DNA from: an uncultured Mycoplasmatota bacterium
GTDB taxonomy: Bacteria; Bacillota_I; Bacilli_A; RF39; UBA660
Direction of reading: 5' to 3'
NCBI GenBank assembly: GCA_946490195.1
Contig: CAMLWN010000001.1
Location: 238 to 64,237, forward strand
Length of the DNA: 64,000 nucleotides
The notes under the pieces were generated by a model. The model searched no databases, was not told where the DNA came from, and saw nothing but the letters and a program-made list of their open reading frames with translations. Positions 9,458 through 19,678 of this stretch are shown here, piece after piece. Numbering within the stretch: the first letter of the stretch is position 1; every line of letters begins with the position of its first letter. The position numbers and the translations under genes are program-made.

Positions 9458-10201
9458 ATGAAAGGAAAAGGAAAAATTTTGTTTGCAATTATCTGCTTTT
9501 TTGGGTTTATAGCAAATACGCTCGCAGCTTGTGATTATGAAACACAGGTAAGACTAGCAACTGAAGCATCAAATGTCAATATAACATATGAAATTCGACA
9601 CGAAATTATAAATGCAAATACAGGTCAAATTGCACCAGAAGCTACAGATGAAGATGTAGAATTTGATAGTGAATATACATATCAAGATTTTATTTATATA
9701 ACGATAATGAATGTGACAGAAAACATTTATGTGGAGTTAATTGGAAGCGATGGAAGTACACAAAGTATTTATTTTAGCGACACCAATGAAGGGACAATTG
9801 AATTAGACGGTGGATTAGGAGAAAATATTATTACTTACACTGTAAATATTCGCAGTAACAACTCAAATTGTAGCAGTGATATGTTAAGAACATTTGAATT
9901 TGTTACTCCAAAATGGAATCCATATAGTGCTTTAATAGCATGTGAAGGAATAAATGAATATTACTGTGAACCATATGTGACTTATGAAATTGATTTAACT
10001 GAAGGTGAAATTATCGATCGTGCATCAGAAGCAAAAAAAGAAGAAACAAACGTTCCACAAGATGAAGAAAATTCGAATTGGTGGACAGAATGGTTAAATA
10101 ATAATCCATGGTTTATTCCAACAGCAATTGGAGTAATTGTTTTAGCAGGGGTTGCTACTACCGTGATAATTATTAAAAAACGGAGGAGTAAAGTATTATG
10201 A
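9458..10201 (+). CDS. surface protein with signal peptide and C-terminal TM anchor (KKRRSKVL stop-transfer)
   Basis: Signal peptide ending ANTLAAC, then a C-terminal hydrophobic helix plus basic tail. Translationally coupled to the next gene. Confidence 0.5.
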   Translation: MKGKGKILFAIICFFGFIANTLAACDYETQVRLATEASNVNITYEIRHEIINANTGQIAPEATDEDVEFDSEYTYQDFIYITIMNVTENIYVELIGSDGSTQSIYFSDTNEGTIELDGGLGENIITYTVNIRSNNSNCSSDMLRTFEFVTPKWNPYSALIACEGINEYYCEPYVTYEIDLTEGEIIDRASEAKKEETNVPQDEENSNWWTEWLNNNPWFIPTAIGVIVLAGVATTVIIIKKRRSKVL

Positions 10202-13200
10202 GAAAAAAAATAGTAGGGATAATGCTATTAACACTGAGCTTAATAGTTTTTCCAACAAAAACAAATGCTGAATTATCTTGCGATAGAAGTGTTCAATATA
10301 ACATTACAACAGTAGACCAGCAATGTATTCAATTAAATGGAATAGCATATCGAATGAACCTTTATACAGCAACTTTAAATGGATCACCAATAAAAACATA
10401 CTGTATTGATCCAGTATTAAGAAATGGTTCTGGTGTAAACAGGTGCGTAAGAAGAATAGATCCATCAAGCAATGCAAACGGAGCTTATACACAAGCTTAT
10501 GATGTTGCAGTTACAAAAGCTTATCAAATCCTAACAGAAGATGGAAGAAACACAACTTCAACTGCTGATAGAATACTAGGTGAAGTAATCTTTAGATGGT
10601 TAGGAGCAAATTATGGTCAGATGACAAGCTCATCACATCCAAATGCAGTAGCAACTTCTGGATGTGGATACCGAATCGTACCTTCACAATTAGTAAATAT
10701 TTTTAGCAATCCTTTTCTAACTGCCTATTGGAATACAGGAAACCCTGATTTTGAATATGGAAAATCCGTATTTAGTGAAGCAGTAGCTGCCGGAAATATG
10801 ATTCTAAGTGGCTCTACTTATGAACAGGTAGTTGAAGCAACCAGCTTATGGAATGATGAATATAATTTTAATACGACATATGAAACACGTGACGGCGTAA
10901 CCTATGCAACTGTAAACATGACTTTAGCGAACGATGTTCAAACGGTTTACTGGAGTCAATTTAGAGGCGGATGTAGTAATAACACAGTAAAATGTACAAC
11001 TATAGAAGCTTCAGGAAGTGGAAATACAGGAAAAGTAGTAATTCAAGTTACAGAAGCAGCAAACTATGATGGCCAACCTTATGGAATTTATATAGATTCA
11101 GCAATTTATGATATTAGATCATCATCAGCAAATATGATTATAGTTCAAGGATCTTCAAGAAATCAAAGAATGCTTTTAGTTGCTGATGGTTCATCAAATA
11201 TCACAAGTAATCCGGATTTCCCATCAGGTGGTGGAAGACATCATACCGATGACAATGGAAATAGGAATTACTGTATTTGTGACGAATCAACAGGATATTA
11301 TGTATATACAGATGAGAATGGAAATAAAACACAATGGCCAGAAGGCTCATCAAGACCAAGTAATGTACCAAGTGATGTATCATGTCCAGGAACATGTACA
11401 AAAAATCCAGAAGAAGAAAAACATATATGTGAAATTGTAGATAATCAACATTATTGTGAAGATGGAGAACCATGTGATGAAGAGGAATACATTAAAGATT
11501 GTTTATGTAATCCAGTAGTAACAATTCCATCAGATTGTAACAATTTCGATACTGCCTCAACAGAAAATGGATATATAAGTGATATTGCTACTACGGGTAA
11601 AAATTGTAATAATTCAAATGTTGTAAATCAAATAAAACAATGTGTTATTGATAATGATGATGCAACAGGTGAGTCGTTTGAAGCTACAAATGAATTAAGT
11701 GGCAATCCATATTGTAAAGTTTGGTGCTCAGAGTCATATGATTTTGAACTTCCAACAGCGCAATATTCAACAAGTGGTGGATATTTCACATTATCAACAA
11801 CAATAACAGGCCAAAGAGACTGTTATGTGAGTAGTGCAGATGATCCAACAAAACCAATTGATGAAGAAAAATTTAATCGAGATTTAGAAGAAGCTCAAAA
11901 GGCTGTAATTGATGCTTGGAATACATATGAATACTGGAAACAAGCTGCAGCTATATCTGCTAATGAAGAGGATTCTTCATGTTCAGGACCTGGTGATTCT
12001 TGGGAATGTGGAACTGAAGAATCACCAGAAACTTGTAGCTGTGACGGATGTAGTGCAACAGGAAAAGTAGTTACTAAACATTGGTCTTATAAAAAGTATG
12101 ATTATTCAGGTGATTATGTAGAATTAAGCGATGATTATTCTGATGGTTCAGCAGCTTCATGTAGCACATGTTCATGTAGTGGTTCTATAGGACATAATCC
12201 TGATGCGGATCACAGACAAAACCGTGACCAAGCAAAAAATGCTTTAAAAGATGCTATTACAAATTTAAATAATGTTATTTCTCAATATAATAGTTGTACA
12301 GGAGCTATTAATAACAACTCTAATACAGATTTATCTGATGTAAAAGATGCTTCTTCGACAGACTCATCTAGTTGGGATAATGATATGCAATTTGAACCAA
12401 CTGTAGATTTTGAGTATAACGAAGATTATATGAATCAAATGACCGGAAAATTTAAACAAATTAATGACGATGAATCTTCTGATTACATGTATTGTTCAGG
12501 AGATACTGATAATCAATATAATTGTCAATCTGGAAGTACTTCTTCCATAGTGACATCTCCAAAAAGGGTATTAACATGTGATGATGATAGTTGTAGCTGG
12601 AAAAACTTTAATGTTAGCACGGCTAATTGGATTAGAAAAACAAAAAAACATGAAGCAGATTACATTGTTGATGATCAGTTCTCAACCTATACTCAATATG
12701 GAACTATTAAAGTAAAATGGGATAAATGTAACGGAAATGATTGCTTATGGACAAATCTTCCTGAGGGATCTTTACCAATATCATTAATTACAGAAACAGG
12801 CGTTTTCCCATTTAAATTTACTTTTGGAAATATTGGTCAATCAAATAGTACAACATCTTTAGGACGATTAATTGGAAATGACGTAAGCGTTTTAACTGCA
12901 TATAACAATTTAGATAAAAAATATCAATGTAATGGTGATGTTTCGTCAACAACTGATGGAGGTTATGTATGTCATTACATAAATAACTGTCCAGGATGTG
13001 ACTTTGTTTGTGATGATGATAACAATTGTGAAATTGAAGAATGTGAAGATGGTTACTGTGTCATAACTTGTACTGATGAAAATGACTGTCATTTCATCTA
13101 TGATGGAGCTAATACAACATACAATTTTAGAACCGTTTCTTTAAACAACTTATTCCCAAATGACAGAGATATCGGTTATAACTGGAGTAAAACTTCTAAA

Positions 13201-13605
13201 GCAGAAGCTACTCTTAACGAGATAAGCAAGGGATTAGATGATTCAAATCCAGAAAGTATTTATGAGACACCACAATATTCATTCACTTTAACACCAACTA
13301 ATTTAAGAAATATTCGTGAATATAATGATGAAGCAGGTTCATTTACAAATAGTACAATGCCAGAAGCGGTAAACAATGTGACTGCAGCTACTGTATGTGA
13401 ACAAAAAACAATTAACGGGAAAATTTATCCTGTAAAATGTCAAAGTACTTTCTTAGATTTGATTGAAACATCTGGAAATAAATATGCAACAAATGTTGTA
13501 AGACCAGATCCAGATGATAATAATAGCTGGACTTTATTTAGCGATACTGACTATTGTCCTAACGGAAATTGTTTAGGCGATGGTATAGGACCAGCGTGGA
13601 AGTAG
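10198..13605 (+). CDS. giant Cys-rich secreted protein (1135 aa), candidate adhesin/pilus-associated substrate
   Basis: Signal peptide (..PTKTNA/ELS). More than 60 Cys residues, many in CxC/CxxC clusters. No TM or LPXTG motif. First gene of the Tad-like block. Confidence 0.5.
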   Translation: MRKKIVGIMLLTLSLIVFPTKTNAELSCDRSVQYNITTVDQQCIQLNGIAYRMNLYTATLNGSPIKTYCIDPVLRNGSGVNRCVRRIDPSSNANGAYTQAYDVAVTKAYQILTEDGRNTTSTADRILGEVIFRWLGANYGQMTSSSHPNAVATSGCGYRIVPSQLVNIFSNPFLTAYWNTGNPDFEYGKSVFSEAVAAGNMILSGSTYEQVVEATSLWNDEYNFNTTYETRDGVTYATVNMTLANDVQTVYWSQFRGGCSNNTVKCTTIEASGSGNTGKVVIQVTEAANYDGQPYGIYIDSAIYDIRSSSANMIIVQGSSRNQRMLLVADGSSNITSNPDFPSGGGRHHTDDNGNRNYCICDESTGYYVYTDENGNKTQWPEGSSRPSNVPSDVSCPGTCTKNPEEEKHICEIVDNQHYCEDGEPCDEEEYIKDCLCNPVVTIPSDCNNFDTASTENGYISDIATTGKNCNNSNVVNQIKQCVIDNDDATGESFEATNELSGNPYCKVWCSESYDFELPTAQYSTSGGYFTLSTTITGQRDCYVSSADDPTKPIDEEKFNRDLEEAQKAVIDAWNTYEYWKQAAAISANEEDSSCSGPGDSWECGTEESPETCSCDGCSATGKVVTKHWSYKKYDYSGDYVELSDDYSDGSAASCSTCSCSGSIGHNPDADHRQNRDQAKNALKDAITNLNNVISQYNSCTGAINNNSNTDLSDVKDASSTDSSSWDNDMQFEPTVDFEYNEDYMNQMTGKFKQINDDESSDYMYCSGDTDNQYNCQSGSTSSIVTSPKRVLTCDDDSCSWKNFNVSTANWIRKTKKHEADYIVDDQFSTYTQYGTIKVKWDKCNGNDCLWTNLPEGSLPISLITETGVFPFKFTFGNIGQSNSTTSLGRLIGNDVSVLTAYNNLDKKYQCNGDVSSTTDGGYVCHYINNCPGCDFVCDDDNNCEIEECEDGYCVITCTDENDCHFIYDGANTTYNFRTVSLNNLFPNDRDIGYNWSKTSKAEATLNEISKGLDDSNPESIYETPQYSFTLTPTNLRNIREYNDEAGSFTNSTMPEAVNNVTAATVCEQKTINGKIYPVKCQSTFLDLIETSGNKYATNVVRPDPDDNNSWTLFSDTDYCPNGNCLGDGIGPAWK

Positions 13606-13617
13606 GGGTGATTAGAT

Positions 13618-14055
13618 ATGAGAGAAGCTTATTGGGGATACTGGTTAATTTTATTAGGTATTTTCGTTATTGTAATTATGATGTTAGTATCTAATCTTAC
13701 TACCACAAATACTCAAGACTATTATTTAATTAAAGAAGTAACCGAGGCATCAATGGTCGATGCCGTTGACCTCGCTTACTATCGCCAAAGTGGCGAACTA
13801 AAAATTAATCGTGAAAAATTTGTTGAAAGTTTCTTAAGAAGATTTGCTGAAAATGTTGCCTTAAATACCTATAAAGTTGACTTTTACGGTATTTATGAAG
13901 CTCCACCAAAAGTAAGCGTTCGCGTTACATCTCAAACATCAACATATACAGTTGCAGCTGATCCAACTTCATTTGATATTATAAATGAAATTGATGCCAT
14001 TCTAGAATTAGATAATACAATTACATCTTCAGGAACCCAGGATAATAACATTTAG
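13618..14055 (+). CDS. TadE/pseudopilin-like protein with prepilin-type leader
   Basis: N-terminus MREAYWG followed by a 22-residue hydrophobic helix. It shares the M[RK][EQ]A..G leader with four other proteins in the block. Confidence 0.5.
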   Translation: MREAYWGYWLILLGIFVIVIMMLVSNLTTTNTQDYYLIKEVTEASMVDAVDLAYYRQSGELKINREKFVESFLRRFAENVALNTYKVDFYGIYEAPPKVSVRVTSQTSTYTVAADPTSFDIINEIDAILELDNTITSSGTQDNNI

Positions 14056-14088
14056 TTAAGATGCTTTAACTTAGAAGGAGGAATAAAA

Positions 14089-14943
14089 ATGGGGAATATA
14101 ATGGTAAAAATCAAAAGGTTTTTTCAAAACAAAAACACAGTCACAATTATCTGTGTATTAGCCGGAATTTTAGTTTTGTATGTGGGCTACAATTGGAGAG
14201 TTAATTCAGCAACTGCACCAGTTTCTATTCCTTATGCAAGAAATGTGTTAGAATCTCAACATGTTATTACAAGTGAAGATATTGGCTTTGTAGAAGTAGC
14301 AAATACAGTTTTGGAAAAAATGCCAAACATTATAAGAAGTTCAAGACAGTTGGTTGGACAAGAAGTTGCTTACGGAAATACTATTCAAGCAAATAGCTTC
14401 TTTTTTACCACCGATATAGCTGATCCTGTTACCAATCAAGAAAACTCTTCAAAGCTTTTAGGAATGGAGGATGGATATTCGCCTATTACTATTGAGGTAG
14501 ATCTTCATTCAACCTATGGTAATGCAATGTATCCAGGAAATTACATTGATTTGTGGTTTAGAGGAGAAGATGAAGCAGGAAGATTGATTTATGGAAAATT
14601 CATTCAAAGTATCAAAATCCTTGATGTAGATGATGATGAAGGAAATTCTGTATTTGAATCGACAGCAACTTCTCGTACGCCATCTCAGTTAGTTTTTGCT
14701 GTACCAGATGATCTAAGAGCTTTAATAAATAATGCTCAAGAAATTGGGGAATTAGTACCAGTACCAAGAAATAAATCTTACACAGCAAATCCTGGAGAAA
14801 CAATCGTTGCAAGTACATATTTACAAAATTATATTTTATCTCAAACAGCAATTATTACAGATGATAACAACAATAGCAATAATAACAACAATAATAATTC
14901 AAGTACAAATAATAATACAACGACAGGAAATGAAGGTGAATAA
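14089..14943 (+). CDS. Flp pilus assembly protein CpaB/RcpC-like (SAF domain), copy 1
   Basis: N-terminal TM, then a SAF-like segment (PYARNVLESQHVITSEDIGFVEV). Poly-N/T C-terminal tail. Paralog of the next gene. Confidence 0.6.
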   Translation: MGNIMVKIKRFFQNKNTVTIICVLAGILVLYVGYNWRVNSATAPVSIPYARNVLESQHVITSEDIGFVEVANTVLEKMPNIIRSSRQLVGQEVAYGNTIQANSFFFTTDIADPVTNQENSSKLLGMEDGYSPITIEVDLHSTYGNAMYPGNYIDLWFRGEDEAGRLIYGKFIQSIKILDVDDDEGNSVFESTATSRTPSQLVFAVPDDLRALINNAQEIGELVPVPRNKSYTANPGETIVASTYLQNYILSQTAIITDDNNNSNNNNNNNSSTNNNTTTGNEGE

Positions 14944-14945
14944 AA

Positions 14946-15743
14946 ATGGGAAATTTTATAACAAAAGCAAAGCGCTTTATCAGTAATAAAAATACCGTAA
15001 CCATTATCTGTGTGATTTTAGGAGTACTTGTTCTTTATATAGGATATAATTACCGAGTTCAATCAGCTTTAAATCCAACAAGAGTTCCTTACGCAAAAGT
15101 TCCATTAGAAGCAAGGCATGTAATTGAACCTGAAGATATCGGTTTTATTGAAGTAAATAGTGATGTAATTTCAAGAGCCACTAATTTAATTACGAACCAA
15201 AATGATTTGATTGGTAAAGAAGTTACTTATGGAAATACTATACCTGCGAATGGTTTATTCTATGAAGGAGATGTTACCGATCCAGCTTTATCTCCAGATT
15301 ATGTTTTAAATGATATTCAAGATGGATATACAGCATTTTCTTTATCGGTAGATTCAGCAAGCACATATGGAAATTCTATTCATAAAAGTGATTACATTGA
15401 TTTATGGTTTAAAGGAGAAGATGACACCAACAAAATTATCTATGCTAACTTAGTTGAAAGTATTAGAGTTTTAGATGTTCGCGATGATAATGGAGTGTCA
15501 CTTGAAAATTCTGAAACAGGAATACCTAGTGAATTATTATTTGCGGTACCAGATGATCTTTACAGTTTATTAGTTAAAGCAGAGTCTATTGGCGAACTAG
15601 AAGCTGTGCCAAGAAATAAATCATATACTGCTAATCCAGGGGAAACAAGAGTAGCTAGTGAATATGTAAAAAACTTTATTTTATCAAAATCCGCAACTAT
15701 ACCAGAAGAAAATATTACAAATAATACAACGACAGAAGAATAA
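14946..15743 (+). CDS. Flp pilus assembly protein CpaB/RcpC-like, copy 2
   Basis: Same architecture and clear sequence similarity to 14089..14943. Confidence 0.6.
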   Translation: MGNFITKAKRFISNKNTVTIICVILGVLVLYIGYNYRVQSALNPTRVPYAKVPLEARHVIEPEDIGFIEVNSDVISRATNLITNQNDLIGKEVTYGNTIPANGLFYEGDVTDPALSPDYVLNDIQDGYTAFSLSVDSASTYGNSIHKSDYIDLWFKGEDDTNKIIYANLVESIRVLDVRDDNGVSLENSETGIPSELLFAVPDDLYSLLVKAESIGELEAVPRNKSYTANPGETRVASEYVKNFILSKSATIPEENITNNTTTEE

Positions 15744-15763
15744 AAAGAAAGGGATGAGGAGTA

Positions 15764-16885
15764 ATGAATGATGCAATATTTTCCCAATTAGACTTTGGCC
15801 CTCTTGATGAATTTTTAAAAGATGATAACATTACCGACATTTCCTATAGTAATGGAGGCCAAGTCTGGTTAAAATCTTTGGATAAAGGAGTCTATCAGTC
15901 AAATAGACCAGAAATTAACAATGCACTTATGGAAAAATTAGCTTTTCAATGCGCTAATGTAATGGGAAAAACGTTCAATATGGCTCATCCTTTTTTGGAT
16001 GCTGAAAGTGCAGAACTACGTTTAAATTTCGTTCATGAATCCATCGCAACAAATGGAATTGCATGCGTTATTCGTAAAACACCAGCAAAAATTCGTTTAA
16101 ACAGGGAAAAGTTAATTAATGAAAAATATGTTTCAGCAGATTTATTAGATTTTCTTTTAAAATGTGTTGAAGGTCATGCCAATATTATTGTTAGTGGTGA
16201 AACCGGATCTGGTAAAACAGAACTAGTTAAATATTTAGCTTCACACACAAGAGAAAACGAAAAAATTATTACTATTGAAGATACCTTGGAATTACACTTA
16301 GACCGAATTTTTCCACATAGAGATATTGTCGCGATGAAAACAAACAACATTGCAAGTTATTCAGATGTGCTAGTTACCTGTATGCGACAAAATCCAATAT
16401 GGATATTATTGTCCGAAGTTCGTAGTGCCGAAGCAGTTATGGCTGTTCGTAACTCAATATCTTCTGGACACCACATTTTATCTACAATCCATTCAGATAA
16501 AGCAAGTCTAATTCCAATGCGTATGTTTGCTCTTATTGAAAGTAATATAGATGTTGAACAATTTGTTACGACAATTCATCGTTATGTTCAAATAGGAATA
16601 TATGTTAAAGGATATATGAGTAAAGAATTAGGAAGATTTCAAAGAGAAATTTTAGAAGTTTGTGAGTTTTATGTTGATGACAACAACAAACCACAAGTAA
16701 ATACGATTTTTAAGAAAACTTTAACCGGAGAAATTACTATGAATAATCCAACAAAATATTTAAGAGATTATCTAGGAATCAGTGGAATTACTTTAGATGA
16801 AGATATTTTTCATTTAGATGGCAAAAAAGATGAGTCTTCATCAAGTGCTCCATCGGCTGCCCCAGCAGCAATTGAAACTTTATAA
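15764..16885 (+). CDS. CpaF/TadA-type secretion ATPase (VirB11/GspE superfamily)
   Basis: Walker A VSGETGSGKT, Asp box, RQNPIWILLSEVR and His box SGHHILSTIH. Confidence 0.85.
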   Translation: MNDAIFSQLDFGPLDEFLKDDNITDISYSNGGQVWLKSLDKGVYQSNRPEINNALMEKLAFQCANVMGKTFNMAHPFLDAESAELRLNFVHESIATNGIACVIRKTPAKIRLNREKLINEKYVSADLLDFLLKCVEGHANIIVSGETGSGKTELVKYLASHTRENEKIITIEDTLELHLDRIFPHRDIVAMKTNNIASYSDVLVTCMRQNPIWILLSEVRSAEAVMAVRNSISSGHHILSTIHSDKASLIPMRMFALIESNIDVEQFVTTIHRYVQIGIYVKGYMSKELGRFQREILEVCEFYVDDNNKPQVNTIFKKTLTGEITMNNPTKYLRDYLGISGITLDEDIFHLDGKKDESSSSAPSAAPAAIETL

Positions 16886-16904
16886 AAGAAAGAAGGAGTT
16901 GAAA

Positions 16905-17801
16905 ATGCTTGAATTAATAATATTGATTGGATTAGCGGTTTTTGCTTTAACCTATCGATTTAATAATGGAGAAAATGTTTATAGATTTTTCGTGTCGCAA
17001 GCATCATCTGTATATGATAAATATGCTCCATATAGTTTTAAAGAAGTAAGAGCAAAAACAAAAGAATTAGGACAGGAATATACTCCAAAACAATACATGA
17101 CCCAAGTAATTGTATTTGCAGTTGTCGCATTTGGAATAACATATTTATATTTTTACAATATTATTATTTCAATCATTTACGCATTAATTGCAATTGCATT
17201 TATTCCATATCTTGCTTATCTAAGATGCCAAAAGGTATATAGTGAATTTATATTCGAACAAATTCAAATTTATACAACAAATGTTATTATGGAATTTAAT
17301 ACCACACAAAGTTTTGTTAAAGCTTTAGAAGGTGTAAGAGATTCAGGTATTTTAGAGGATCCTGTTTTGCAAGATGTAAAAACAATGGTCGATATGTCTT
17401 ATCAAAATGGTACAATTGATGAATCGATTGAATTTTTCAACGCAAAATACCCTTATTATATGGTTAAAAATATGAATCAGCTTTTCTTACAAATAACGAA
17501 AGAAGGAGCAAAAGATTCAGGCCAAGCATTAGAAAATATGTCCATGGATATCGATGCTTTAGTAGAAGGTGTTTATCGTGACCAGATTGATCGTAAAGAA
17601 TTTCACCGCCGGTTTATTACTTTCGGTTTAGCCCTTTTTTTACTAGTTATGGCAATGCAGTTTTTACTAGGAACAGATTCCTATATTGAATTATTAGATA
17701 TGTGGTACGTTCAATTAATACTACATGCCATCATCATTGTTAATAGTTTTTTCCTTATAACAGGTGAAAAATTCTATTATGAAGATGTGGGGGTGGAATA
17801 A
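16905..17801 (+). CDS. TadB-like inner-membrane platform protein (T2SS-F domain)
   Basis: TM-cytoplasmic domain-TM topology typical of GspF/TadB. Likely start is MLELII after an AAGGAG RBS. Syntenic after the ATPase. Confidence 0.6.
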   Translation: MLELIILIGLAVFALTYRFNNGENVYRFFVSQASSVYDKYAPYSFKEVRAKTKELGQEYTPKQYMTQVIVFAVVAFGITYLYFYNIIISIIYALIAIAFIPYLAYLRCQKVYSEFIFEQIQIYTTNVIMEFNTTQSFVKALEGVRDSGILEDPVLQDVKTMVDMSYQNGTIDESIEFFNAKYPYYMVKNMNQLFLQITKEGAKDSGQALENMSMDIDALVEGVYRDQIDRKEFHRRFITFGLALFLLVMAMQFLLGTDSYIELLDMWYVQLILHAIIIVNSFFLITGEKFYYEDVGVE

Positions 17802-18589
17802 TGTACTGGGAAGTCTTTGCATTAGCCGGAATTTTACTTTTCTTGCTAAATTATACAGGAAAGATAAGTGCCAATCGTTTTGTTGCCGATAACGAAGTAT
17901 ATTTTCGAAAATTAAAAGAAAGCGACTGGGATTTCTATGTAAAAGCCAAATATGGAGATACTCAAAATCCAGATTTCCTTTTTAATAAACGAATTAAAAA
18001 CGGATTAATTACCATATTTGTGGTGCTATGTTTTATGATTTCAAATTTATCATATATAACTATTTTGTTTAGTGTACTAGCTGGTTATTTAGTATTTAAA
18101 ATGGATTACTCAAATATTAAAAAGTATTACAAAAGACATTTAAATGAAATTGATGCAATGTTACCACACTATTTGAAAAGTTTAGAAATTTTAATTCAAC
18201 ATTATACAGTTCCTGTAGCCCTTGGAAAATCAATTGATGATGCACCAGGAATATTTAGAGAGGGATTACAAGAATTAATTAATCAAATAAATGAAGGCGA
18301 TGATACCATTCAGCCTTATATGCAATTTGCTAAAACCTATCCAGTTCGTGATTCTATGCGAATGATGCGACTTTTATATCGTTTGTCATTAGGACGTCAA
18401 GAACATAAACAAGAACAATTATTAACATTTTCTAGAACAATTTCAAATTTACAGCAAAAAGCAAGAGAATTAAAATACAAACAACGTTTGGAAAAAATGG
18501 AAGGAAAAACCATGAAAATGTTAATAACAACAGGTTTAGGAGTTATGGTTTTACTAATTTTTGCAGTTTTAATGTTAATGAATATGTAA
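17801..18589 (+). CDS. TadC-like inner-membrane platform protein (T2SS-F domain)
   Basis: Same topology as the previous gene. ATGA-coupled to it. Confidence 0.6.
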   Translation: MYWEVFALAGILLFLLNYTGKISANRFVADNEVYFRKLKESDWDFYVKAKYGDTQNPDFLFNKRIKNGLITIFVVLCFMISNLSYITILFSVLAGYLVFKMDYSNIKKYYKRHLNEIDAMLPHYLKSLEILIQHYTVPVALGKSIDDAPGIFREGLQELINQINEGDDTIQPYMQFAKTYPVRDSMRMMRLLYRLSLGRQEHKQEQLLTFSRTISNLQQKARELKYKQRLEKMEGKTMKMLITTGLGVMVLLIFAVLMLMNM

Positions 18590-18651
18590 TTCGTTGATAT
18601 TTTTGAAAAAAAAAGTTATAATAATAAACAGAGTAGGAGGTTTTATAATAT

Positions 18652-18888
18652 ATGAAAGAAGCAACAGGTGAATTAAATATGACAGTTGTAACTGTTGTAG
18701 CAATTGCTGCGGTAGCCGCATTCTTCTATGCATTTATTTGGCCATCAATTCAGGCAAATATTGAAAATAGTACAAAATGTTCAAGTGCTACAAATTGTAC
18801 AGATTGTAATGGAAGCACATGTAAATGTACTTATATGGATGGAGATACAGCAGAAACTGTTACTTGTCCTGACAACTCAAATACGTAA
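18652..18888 (+). CDS. Flp/Tad-type pilin 1 (Cys-rich C-terminus)
   Basis: MKEATG/ELNMTVVTVVAIAAVAAFFYAFIW is a class-III-like leader plus hydrophobic helix. It is 78 aa with 6 Cys in the C-terminal 40 residues. Confidence 0.65.
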   Translation: MKEATGELNMTVVTVVAIAAVAAFFYAFIWPSIQANIENSTKCSSATNCTDCNGSTCKCTYMDGDTAETVTCPDNSNT

Positions 18889-18909
18889 AGCTAAAAGGAG
18901 AATTAAAAA

Positions 18910-19149
18910 ATGAAAGAAGCTACAGGAGAATTAAATGCTACTGTGTTCGTGGTTATAGCCGTAGCTTCTCTTGTAGTTTTTTTCTATACAACTATTTGGC
19001 CACTTATTAAAAATAACTTGAATGAAAATGTTGCATGTAGTCGTGCTATCTGTGCCAGCGAACCGAATTCAGACGGTCGAACTGTTGATTGTTATGTTAT
19101 GGAAAACGGCAAAAAATCGGATGAATTTACGTGTGTTTGGAAAGGGTAA
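18910..19149 (+). CDS. Flp/Tad-type pilin 2 (Cys-rich C-terminus)
   Basis: MKEATG/ELNATVFVVIAVASLVVFFY. Paralog of pilin 1. Confidence 0.65.
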   Translation: MKEATGELNATVFVVIAVASLVVFFYTTIWPLIKNNLNENVACSRAICASEPNSDGRTVDCYVMENGKKSDEFTCVWKG

Positions 19150-19165
19150 TAGGAGGTAGAAAAAT

Positions 19166-19678
19166 ATGAGAGAAGCCATAGGTGGAACATGGTTATTTCA
19201 AATAGTCATTGTTTTTATTCTATTATTTACGGGCTTTATGTGCCTTACTATTAATCGTTCTAAAGCATTTAACGTAAAAGATCAAATTATCCAAACAATT
19301 CAAAGTTATAATGGGATTGATCTCGGATCTTCTGCTGAAAATTCTGAGGCGTTGGCTGAAATAGTAAATTATATCCAAGACAACTCATATCGAACTGCAG
19401 GAAATGTTCCAGCGGATGAAAAAGTTAACGGAGAAAAGGTCCCTTATACTTGCTATAATCGAGACGGAAGAGAAGATAAGGATAATCCAGTTTTTTGTAT
19501 AGCTAAAATGCCGGCAGACAAAGATGCATGCGCTGGAGATACATGTTTTAATGAACTTCCAGATATGAGTTATTACCGAGTAGTTGTATTTTATCAATTA
19601 GATTTACCAATATTTAAAGAATTATTTAGTTTTAAAATTGTTGGTGATACCAAAACCATGTATGGAGGTCCAAAATGA
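19166..19678 (+). CDS. TadE/TadF-like minor pilin
   Basis: MREAIGG/TWLFQIVIVFILLF leader. Confidence 0.5.
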   Translation: MREAIGGTWLFQIVIVFILLFTGFMCLTINRSKAFNVKDQIIQTIQSYNGIDLGSSAENSEALAEIVNYIQDNSYRTAGNVPADEKVNGEKVPYTCYNRDGREDKDNPVFCIAKMPADKDACAGDTCFNELPDMSYYRVVVFYQLDLPIFKELFSFKIVGDTKTMYGGPK

